Shown in pieces: positions 53,093 through 64,000 of a DNA stretch of 64,000 bases. This stretch comes from Adineta vaga (taxonomy: Eukaryota; Animalia; Rotifera), in NCBI GenBank assembly GCA_021613535.1, contig CP075493.1, positions 5,084,001-5,148,000 on the forward strand, given 5' to 3'. Positions within the stretch are counted from its first letter, which is position 1, and every line of letters starts with the position of its first letter. The notes beneath the pieces are model-generated. The model was not told the DNA's origin and made no database searches. It saw nothing but the letters and a program-made list of their open reading frames with translations. A program made the position numbers and the translations under genes.

Positions 53093-56000
53093 ATGTCTCG
53101 TCTGGAATCCAATTGGCGAACATCGTATGATTCAGAAAAACACGAACATTACCATCCTGAAATGCATCTAAATACAACAAATTCATCGATCTATACGAGT
53201 AATCCAAGTATATATGAGGATGATCGATTTAGTAATCGAAAACGTTCAGCATTAGATATGGAAGCACGAGAAAACATTCAAAGAAAAATTAGTAGACAAA
53301 AACGTGCTGCAGGTAGGAATGAAATCATTGAAAATTCTAGATTTAAAAGATAATACAATGAGTAAATTGTCAAGGTCAAATTCTTGACATTCAATGGTGT
53401 ATGAATCAGTCTGAAGATATGATTCATTTATAGAAATCTAATCATTTGAATACGATCATAATATCAATCTTTCATTTTTCTTTGTTGTCATCGAGATAAT
53501 TTCTTTTATTACAGAACAACGCAATGAACATTCGTACAGTGACCATAATTTTGAATCTGTTCGTCCTCATAGTACAAATTCAATATCATCAAGTTTACAA
53601 AGTCTTCATCGTAGACAACATTCCCCATTTCCTCGATCACCTACTGCATCTCATTCATTTCCAGCAGAACTTGATACAATTCTTCGACAGTCGAATGGTT
53701 CACGAATATTACATAGTGCTAATGAAGCTATTTTCACAAATGGAAACGATTATCAACAATTTCATCAACCACAAACTCGAAAAATTACGAAAATTACTCC
53801 TAGTATGTTTTATAAAAGATAATTGATTCAAGAAATTTTTATTTCTCACTTGAAATAGAAGAAAACTATTCTTTATCACACAATCGTTCTGCACAACCAC
53901 GTAGTGCAAGTGCTACGAATGTACCGACGATAAAACATGAATCAAAAGATCGACTTCCATCTCGTAATGATGCACAACGATTAAAATCTGTTCGTCGACA
54001 TGAACCTGCTCATGTTGCATCAGGTCCTGGTTCAAAAACTAGTACGAAACCTTTTTCTCATATTTTGATTATTGAATAAAATGAACATACTAGGTTTGAT
54101 CAAAACCGATACATGGAAAACGGATCCTAATAATGTCAAAAAATCCATAAAACCAAAACCAAGTACTGAACCTACTACAAAGACCGATGATACACTCGCA
54201 CCTTCAATCCTTGAACAGTCTGCAGAACCAACTACAACAGAAAAAAAGAAACGAACCATTCCAAAACGTGATAAAAGTTTGTTTTCCCTTCAACCTCAAT
54301 GAAAAAGTCAGATTGACGAAACACTTATATGTACTTACATTTTAGGTACATCGAAACCAACGGTAAGTACTGACCGACCATCAACGAAACCACAACCACC
54401 AGCTAAACGTATGTTTGCTTGTTTTTTTTTTGATAAGATTTGATTGTATATTTGTTTTAGCGGAGAAAACAAAAGAAGAAAAAAAGAAAGAAAGTGAAAA
54501 AATACAAAAATATATTAAAGAAAAACAGCAAGAACATGAAAAGAAGATTTCAAATGAAAAAGAATTGAAAAATGTTCAAGAAAAAGAACGAAAAGAAAGA
54601 TTACAAAAACTGAATGAACAAATTAAAAAAGTTGCTCAACAACCTTTACCCCCAGCATTAATCAAAAAACCTTCAGCAGTTCGTTTATATACTAAAGAAA
54701 AATTATCATTTTGATTTATTTTTATATATATATACAATAGTTACAATCAAAAGATCCAACAGAACAAACACGTGAACGACTTCTTCATCTACTTGGTCCA
54801 AAACCTAACAATGAACTTCCAATAGAATCTCATCAGGATGTACCACCCTCTCAGGAAACTGCAATTCGTGAACGTTCACCATCACCGAGTCTTTCATCAT
54901 CATCATCATCATCATCATCCTCAAGTACTGATTCAGTCGTTGAAATTCAACCACCAAAATTGTATAATTAATATCAAGTATTTCGTTCTCGATTCGATAA
55001 TATTTCTCGTTCTAGAAATGATCAAACAGTATTAAGATCACGATCAGAACCACCTAATCAAAATGGTATTGAACAACGAAATCAAAATTTATTACGATGG
55101 GCTTACAATTTAACACAAGACTGTAATGATATAGAAAATAAATTTAAGTATCTTCGACCAGGTAAACTTCTTTCTACTGAATACAATGATCTTCATAAGT
55201 GATTGTTTCACGTTAGATGGTACACAACCATTTGATATTATTCCTCCTAATCGTGAACAACTTCAGCGTGATACGGGTAATTTACGTATTCAACCGCCCA
55301 TCATCATAAAAAATAATGAAGAAGTTGATCATGAACCAATTATTTCATCAAAACTATTACGACCATCAGGACGTTTGAGTCATTTAAATCAAAATCATGT
55401 CAATGAATATGAAAATCAACAATTACCAGGTGTTGGTGACCTTCGTGATCCATTATTAGAACGACGTATAAAACGTGATCGTGCTGCAACTAGAATTCAA
55501 TCAACCTATCGTGGTTATACAGTAAGAAAAGCATTGCAATGGTCAAATCAAAAACAACAACGACTCAATAGTGAATCAAATCGACGAGTATGTTTCTAAA
55601 TTTTTTCAAATTAATAAGAATCTTTTTTTGTATTCTAAATAGCCAATTCATAAATCAACGAAAACTTCTTCCTATAGAGCAGATCCTTTTGATGCACCAG
55701 GTACAAGTCTTGATCTTCGATTCTCCGATGATAATTTTACCATTGGTTCTACACTATTACGTCAATATCATCTGAATGGAACGAATGCCATTCCTTCAAA
55801 AAGTATCTATTAATTCAAATGATATTTTCATTGTCGAACCTTCCTTTTTGATTTTTAGATACATCGATATCCGAAAAATCGCAACAACGAAGACAACCAT
55901 CGACACCTTCACGACCGCCATCATTACAAAAATTACCAAGATCATCAAATCAACAAACGTATTCTGATGATTATGAAAATCCTACAAGTACAATATCATC

Positions 56001-59000
56001 AACTCCTGTTAGTCCTCGACCATCACCACAAAAACCACGAGTTATTCAACAACCAATACCATGTAAGTGTATGATAGAGAACTGAATGACAGTATATCTA
56101 AATTTAGAAACAATCACAGCATCATAGCGTTCTATTGAGATTATAGACGCACCCTGCTAAAATCATATTTTTTCTAATATCATAGTATGAATGAAATTAA
56201 CTGTCTGCGCAAGGAATTCTTTTTAACCTATCAATAGATATCGTGACACTGGCATTTCCACGCAACGGGGACCATCAAAAGAAAAGTGACGGGAGGAGGA
56301 GGAGGAGAATGAAAATGTAGTTCTTGTGAACAATTATCACTTAATAATATACGATACTTAAAAATGTCGGTCAAATGATACATAAGTCTTCTTTTGAGAT
56401 TTTTTCAACTAAAAATGACAAATAATCGATTTTCCACCATCTAAAATTTACGTCTCTTTTAGCTACTCAAAATGTTACTTCTTCCGCATCATCGTCGTCT
56501 TCAACATCATCATCATCGTCCTCAGTCACTCCGACTGCCACACCTGAACCTCCGACGCCTTCTACACTCCGTCATGGTCGTTCGATTTCTCCACCGCTTT
56601 CACCATCAATGTCTCCAGATAATGGTCGTCCTGTGCAACACCGTCAATATCCTCATCATGTGCAAACTCAAGCCGCAGCAGCAACAACTCATCGAATATC
56701 AGACGAACGTCGTTATTCTCCGGATGCACTCGAAAGACAATTAAATGCTGAATTACATTTACTTGATGGCGTTGAAGCTTCAATGAATCAAATAGAAAAC
56801 ATGGAACGCCTCAGATCCGTTGCACTTGCTCAACAAGAAGTGGTTTCACTTGCACAAATTTTGAAAAACGTACAAATTTCCGCTATTTTATTTTATTTAA
56901 TTACATTTTCTCTTCTTCTTTATCATTAGCAACCAACATCTGATACATCTGTCCCTTCGCAACAAATACGAAAGTATATTCTTCTCTCTAGTTTATTTTT
57001 TCTAAACTCAAATTCTTTTCAGACCACCGGCTCAACAAATTTCATCCTCATCCTCATCATCTCCCTCGCCTTCAACTACATCCAATCGCAAACCTCATCC
57101 GCCATCATCTCAACAGAAACCTTCTACTACTAAATCTTCCCGTCAACGAGCAACTCAATCATCCACTTCACCCACATCATCATCATCGGAATCGTAAGAA
57201 TTGGACTAATTATTATCTTTTATTGTCTTGCAATCAGTAAAAACAGTGACTATTATTGATGTTTATTTTTGCGATAAAAATTAATTGAATATCTTAGACT
57301 TAATATAACAAATACTTTTTGAGAAATAATTTATTCATATATTTCATTAGAGTTCATAAACCGGCGTATTCATTAGTTCGAAAGGATATTTCTTTTCTTT
57401 CTTCTTCTTCTTGATTGTATAATCATGTTCATTAATATAACGTAAATAACGTGGTAAATGAGTATTCACATGAAAATTTACTTGTGCTGCCACATTATAT
57501 GCATAGTTGTTGGGTGCATGTTGAATAGAATTCTTATTGTTTTTATAAGATGAGAATAATTTCCTTGGACGATGAAAACCATAATGATGATTATTCAAAT
57601 TAACATTGGCCTCGAGCATAGCTAAAAATTCATCATCTAATAGAAGAGGTCGATGTAGAAATTGGGATTGAGCTAAGAAACATGAACATAAGATGGCGAA
57701 ATAATGACGATGGATCATAAACATTATGTAAAGAATATTTCTATATATATCAAATGAGTTGTGTTTTTATATATTTCCTTTATTATATAGAAAGCAGAAG
57801 TCGTGGGCGATAACATGATCTTCTTTTCTTCAATAGGAAAAAAAAGAAATTTTCCGTTCTATTAATAATCAATACGAATTCGTTTTCTTTCTATTTAGAA
57901 TCTTAACTGCTCGGGAAAAACGTGTACGACAAAAATTTCATAATGAAGCAGAATTACAAGCATATGAAAAACGTCTGAAAGATGTGGAGAAAAAAGTTCG
58001 ATCACTTGTTAAACGTGGTACGTATCTTATTAGCTTGTTCATAAAAAGACACTAAGCAATGTCATCAATGATTCATTCCTGGTTATGATATAATCGAATA
58101 TTTTAGATGATAATGAAGAGGAAGAAATCGATTATAAACGATTGGAATCTGTATTAGATGGTAAATTAGAGTGAATTAGGCTATTAATCTAATCTGCTTC
58201 TCTATTCTTCGATAGAAAAGAAATGAGAATAATAGTTTCCTGAGACTCTCTGTGTTTTTATCTATAGCTTTTGAAATCTTGGATGCAAAACGTACTCCTA
58301 CAACAACGACAACAACTAGTTCACAATCCAAACCCAAATCAAGTAATGATTCAAGTATCAGTGAAGACATACCTGGTTCGCAAAAGTCAACAAGGTAATT
58401 AGCAATTTTTTCGTTGTGAATTTGAAAACAAAAATAATTTTAAACGAATATTTAGTTCAACCAATAGTACAATTCAAAAGAAAACGAATAATGATACAAG
58501 TGAAATTCGAACAGAACCGTATATTCATCTTGATCATAAATTCTATTTCATTTAAAATCGAATTTTGTTTTTAGAATACAAAAAGACAGTATTTCCTCGT
58601 CAATATCATTTCAACAAGAACAATCAGGTAAAATAGAGAAATTTGTTTGATGTGTCGTATAAAACTGATGTTTAGATACGGTCACAACTGATGTCAGTGA
58701 TCTTGAACGTCGTATACGTAATTATCGAAATCAATTATCAACAAAAAAAACTGAACTAGATAAATTAAAACAAAAGAAAACGAAAGATACATTGAGAAAA
58801 CAAGAAGATGATTTGAAAAAACAACTTCAGGTAATACAAGATGATTAATTACGAGACATGCCATCGTTCGTCTCTATTCTTTAGACATATGATCAAGAAA
58901 TTGAAACATTACGACATGAACCACCAGCACCTAAACAACAACAACAAAATGAACCGAAAATATCTGCTCCTCCACGTAAAACAGTCGTCAAAAATTCCAG

Positions 59001-61398
59001 TAGTAATAGTAGCAATAGTACGAGTAGTATTTCAACAGCAACGAAACCACAAGAATCTAGTATAGCTGAAGATTTACCAATAACAACAACAGCATCACAG
59101 TCGAAAAATGACTCAGTAGTAAGTTTTTCTATCTTGATGTATTATTGCAACTTAATATTAATTTCAAGGAGAAACGAATTGAACAAGAGCGTTCAGTACC
59201 AAAAAAAGAACGAAACTTTTTTGATGACGATGATGATGAAGAAGAAGAAGAAGTCAAACCATTCGAAACACCTCGTGAAGAACGAGATACTCAACATGAT
59301 GCTCAATCAATTTCGATTGCTACTGATTTAGCTGCACTATCCGAAGATGACAATGACGATAGTGCAAAAGCAAGTACAGACACTGAGAAGTAAGTGAATT
59401 CTATTCATTCTCTTTTAAATAACAAGAAAAGAACATTAAAAATGTTTCACACAAAGCAATGACGTTCTCAATAACCTATCTTTCTTCTCATAGATCAATA
59501 CTGCACTTAAATACGAATCAACCTCAACCTACAAAAGTTCAACAAGATTCACAATCTTCTTCGTCGACAACAACAACAACAACCACCACATCAAGAAGTG
59601 AAAAATCATCAAAAAACCAAATTCAATCACGAACAGCTGAACGCAAAGCATCTTCAACGAATAATGATTATGATGAAGATTTTTCTGATGTTAGTCATTC
59701 ACCTACTACACCAACAAAAGAACCGTTGCCCGAAACAAAAGTAGTTGATATTGATAATGAATCTATTCAAGAAGATTTCGAAGATAAACAATCATTACGT
59801 GATACGAATCAAAGTTTAACATCAAAATCAAGTGGAGATGAACAATCAGAAATTCTTGTTCTTGTAAAGAAATCTGCTAGTACAACACCACGAAAACAAG
59901 ATGATAAATCTCTTGAAGATGAACCTCTACCTCATCCTCTTCCGACACCCGTAGTTCAACCAAAACATGAGCCCATTCATAATGATGATACTTCACATGA
60001 TATTAGTGACGATGATGAAGAAGATATCAATGAACAAGAAACTCGAGTGGATAAACTAACAGATTTATTCATTCATGCATTTATTGATGAAGCTATTGAT
60101 CAAGGAAAACAGATTAAAAGTTTAAAAAAGGAAATTAATCAAAAAAGAGATACAATCATTCAAGAAACACCTCCGATTGAACCTTTTGCAGTTCCAGACA
60201 TACAAGAATGGTTTATTGATAATGATACAAATGAAGAAAATAATCAAGATAATGTTGAAATAGTAAATAATAACAAACGAGTTTTCATTCTAATATTCAA
60301 TCTCTTTTAGAATGAATTTACACTTGATTTTAGTCAATTGGATGAAAAAAATCGTAAGTCATTTTGATCTTTTTATTCGATAAGATAAAAATGATAGTTC
60401 ATATCATAGAAAAACAGTTCAGTTTTAGTACATTTCACTATTCTTATCTATATAGGAAATAAATCATTTGAAAGGAAATTACTTTCATGACCTACTGTAA
60501 TCCATTAGTACAAGTGTTCATAAGGCGAGTGAAACAGCGAATATAATCACTGATCTTTCTCTACTAGAAAACGATTATCATCTTTCGAATAAATCATGAG
60601 CTTTTTTTTCTATAGAGCCAAGTACACTAATGAAGTTCTAATTTTTTTTCTTGTAGCTAATGAAGCACGTATCGAAAGTCCTCGAAAAATAGTTATTGAA
60701 GAACCAGTTAAAATCTATGTTCCACATACACGTGATCAAGTAATTCATTTATGTCATCAAGCAGTAGAAATTCTATTCGATCAAAATACAGATTTCTCCA
60801 ATCGAGAAACGATTCAATGTTATATACCAGTTGAATATCTGACAAGTGATCAACAGGGTAACTATTTTCTTTTATTAGTTAGTATTTTTCTAATTTTATT
60901 CAAATAGATTCCGATGATGAACATACTCGACTTAATCGTCGTGCTTACTGTCGAATGGTATTTGATTTATGTTTGGAATTATTGCATGAAATGGATATAT
61001 CAAATGTTATACCAGCAAAATATCCTGAATGGCAGCATAGTAAACTTGTTTCAAAACGTTTTTGTCGTATGAAAAAGCCTGAGAATCGTCGGGATATTGA
61101 GAAATTTATTCAAGAAAAAGTTTTAGAAATCTTAGCTTTAAATCCTCGTCAAATAACCTATTCCAAATGGCGTATATCCAATGATCGGCGTCCTAGTGTC
61201 GAAAAATTTGAAACAGTACTTGATGAAGAAATACGTCGTACAGAATCTCAGTGGATAACTTACGACAATGATTGTGCACAAATGAAATTTGATATAGCTG
61301 ATTCAATACTTGATCAATTAGTACAAGAATCCATTACAGAATGTCTTTCTGTTATTGAAAAACATTTCGTTTTTAGTATCGATAGTACACGTCTTTAA
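53093..61398 (+). CDS. CEP350: Centrosome-associated protein 350-like, many exons
   Basis: IQ motif AATRIQSTYRGYTVRK; YSPDALERQLNAELHLLDGVEASMNQIENMERLRSVALAQQEVVSLAQILK; C-terminal DUF4378-like EEIRRTESQWITYDNDCAQMKFDIADSILDQLV. Not every exon junction was checked. Confidence 0.85.
57347..57724 (-). CDS. Putative small secreted protein nested antisense in a CEP350 intron
   Basis: 125-aa ATG-to-TAA ORF with signal-peptide-like start, wholly inside intron 57194-57898. Confidence 0.6.
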   Translation of the reverse strand: MFMIHRHYFAILCSCFLAQSQFLHRPLLLDDEFLAMLEANVNLNNHHYGFHRPRKLFSSYKNNKNSIQHAPNNYAYNVAAQVNFHVNTHLPRYLRYINEHDYTIKKKKKEKKYPFELMNTPVYEL

Positions 61399-62494
61399 AA
61401 TAATTGAATTCAACAAGAAATTCTTAATTTATTCTAAATAATCAAACATTTTCTTGTAAATTTCTTCTGTTGAATGTTAGTAACACAAAACAATTTCTAC
61501 TGACGCGTTTTCTTTTTCATGCGTGCTTGTATACGAATAAATCAATAGTTTTGTTTAGTAAATGACTTTTTTTGATTCCGTAAGTGTTCGCATTTCAAAT
61601 GAAATCTTTATATTAATCTTCGTACACATATGTACAGTAAGTTGAACATGAATGAAATGATTAAATAATAATTCAAACATTTCCGCTCATTTAAACTTGT
61701 GATTACAATATCTTGCTTGAATGAATACTTGGTAACTTCCAAAAAACTATGAAGAAAACAAGATAATACTTTCACATTATTTCTTTTCAAAGAATACAAC
61801 TGATTTATTCGTGATTTACATGTATTAAAATGTTAAATATGTCGAAAATGATACCTTGCATCTATATTCATATTGCTTACAAAAATGAATGTATCAGACA
61901 GTATCCATTTACAAAATACACATTCATACGCACAACAATATCAATCATAAGGATTAGTATTTTATTTCTAATCAGAAATATCATTTGTAAAACTGCGAGA
62001 AATTTTAAGAAAGATTTTTGTCTAATCAATCGTATACAAACAATCGTGTGTCAATTTCTTCAATGAGAGAAAAGGAAATAATAGTTCAGTCGGGAAAAGA
62101 AGAAGGAAAAAAAGTAGCTTTTCACGCAGCAATTATTTACTCTCTAAAGAACAAAGAGAAAAAAAAGCGAGTTTTTCTTTTCATTCAATTCACTAATAAG
62201 TACTGTTCAAGATTTTGATTCATTTATTTGAAAATTATAACTTTACTACCAATAAAAATCGATGCAACGAAAGATATAGTGTAGACATGTATATGACATG
62301 CCAATAATAAAAACGATGGTGACAATGGTAATATGGGCTCAGAAGAAACAAAAAATTCACTAGTCTATACCTCAACGATATTTCGTTTTCTGTTCTGTAT
62401 ACTTAAGTAGCGTTATTGTGATTTTGATCGACGTCATGCCGATATAATATAACAAATCTATAAAGAAGAGAAGAAGAAGAAGAAGAAAAGTACG

Positions 62495-64000
62495 ATGTTG
62501 AAAGCAATAACGACAATCACAAGTTTAACTATAATTTCAGTTTATTTCATACTTCTTTCTCTGACTTATCCATATGTATGTTGGTTTAAACATCGACCAC
62601 CCAATGATGATGATTATTTACCACCTCAAATTGCGAAAATTATTAATAGACAAAGAACAAAATTTTGCTCCAAAAAGTATCCACTTAGTCTCATGCCAAT
62701 GCCGTCGAAAATAATTATATCCGAGATGCCAAAACTATTCATATTCCTTCGATTATTCGCATCAAAACCACATGTTCTCTAACATTTCCAACGTTAAATT
62801 CATCAGAAAATGCTTCATTTATTCTATCAATTGATTATGAAATCGACATGAAAAATAATTCCTATCCCGATTTGGGTATCGATGAATCCTATCAATTGAA
62901 TATAACTTCAGAAAATGATGCTTTATTAGTTGCTAAAACATATGTCGGTATTATTCGTGGTCTTTCAACATTTCAACAATTACAATATCAAAAAGAAATA
63001 CCTATTCCACTTTCAATTCATGATCAACCACGCTTTATTTGGCGTGGTTTAATGCTCGATGTTGCACGTCATTTTATTCCAATATCAATGATTAAACAAA
63101 CAATTGATTTAATGAAACTTGTCAAAATGAATGTTTTACATTTACATTTAAGTGATGATCAAGGTTTTCGCATGGAATCGAAACGATTTCCATTACTTCA
63201 TGATTCATTGCTATTCTATTCACAATTAGATATTCGTACTCTAATTGAATATGCTCGAGTACGAGCTATTCGTATTGTACCTGAATTTGATATACCAGCA
63301 CATACAGCTGCATGGTTTGTTGGTTATCCACATTTAGCAAGTAGTCAAAAACGTTCGTATCAATTAGGAAAAACCTGGGGTGTTCAAAATGCCACGATGG
63401 ATGTCACTCGTCAAAGTACATATGATTTTCTTGATCAATTCTTTGCAGAAATGACACAAGTATTTCCGGATAAATATTTTCATATTGGTGGCGATGAATG
63501 TGTACCTTATGAATGGATACAATCGGAATCGATACGAAAATTTCTTCAACAAGAAAAATTGTACAGTCCTCAAAATTTACAAGCATATTTTACAAGACGA
63601 GTAGGAAAATTTCTAGAAAAATATAATCGTACGTATCTTATAAAACATAATAATTGATTGTGCATATATCGTTTTTCTTAGGTACAATGATGGGTTGGGA
63701 TGAAATTAGTACAGGAGATCTATCTAATCAATCTCTAATTCAATCATGGCGTAGTCGAATATCTCTCATAGATGCTGTTCATCGAGGTTACAATGCAATT
63801 CTGTCACATGGTTTCTATCTTGATCATATGTCACCAGCTAGTTTTCATTATAGTAATAATCTACGATTTGATTTTATGCTCAAGAAATCAGAACAAAAAC
63901 GTATTCTTGGTGGTGAAGCTTGTTTATGGACGGAATATATTGATGCAAATATGACACATTCTCGTCTTTGGCCACGAACAGCAGCTATTGCTGAACGATT
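62495..64000 (+). CDS. Beta-N-acetylhexosaminidase (GH20), bacterial-type sequence, N-terminal TM anchor; frameshift near 62718, intron 63629-63681; 3' end beyond the window
   Basis: DESYQL, DQPRFIWRGLMLDVARHF, HLHLSDDQGFR, VPEFDIPAHT, FHIGGDE (catalytic DE), GWDE, ILGGEACLWTEY, RLWPRTAAIAER. Confidence 0.93.

Noticed and set aside
56063-56462. Nested RNA gene in the 400-nt CEP350 intron
   Set aside because: Has a purine-rich GGA run but no convincing snoRNA boxes, hairpin or ORF that I can support.

Overview
AT-rich, gene-dense eukaryotic DNA with very short (mostly 48-65 nt) GT-AG introns and the standard code. This gene structure plus intronless ART-TPR, F-box/LRR and LamG genes most strongly suggests a bdelloid rotifer (Adineta/Rotaria-like); that assignment is inference. 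About 24 protein-coding genes and one tRNA-Phe were reconstructed by hand-splicing. Conserved genes: GFM2, an HP1-like protein, ZIP9, CCDC178, an SLC46-like transporter, an SH2 adaptor, a calmodulin-like protein, an opsin, a tetraspanin, FIP1L1, ArfGAP1, TDO2, BBOF1, NIPBL, NSRP1 and CEP350. Most notable: (1) an opsin carrying Glu at both bovine positions 113 and 181 plus Lys296; (2) a bacterial-type GH20 hexosaminidase with a spliceosomal intron (candidate horizontal transfer); (3) an intronless secreted-protein ORF nested antisense in an oversized CEP350 intron; (4) tightly packed co-directional genes with splice-acceptor-like sites just before ATGs (possible trans-spliced operons); (5) six frame breaks in five otherwise intact genes, which may be assembly errors. 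Family calls rest on recalled motifs, not database searches.
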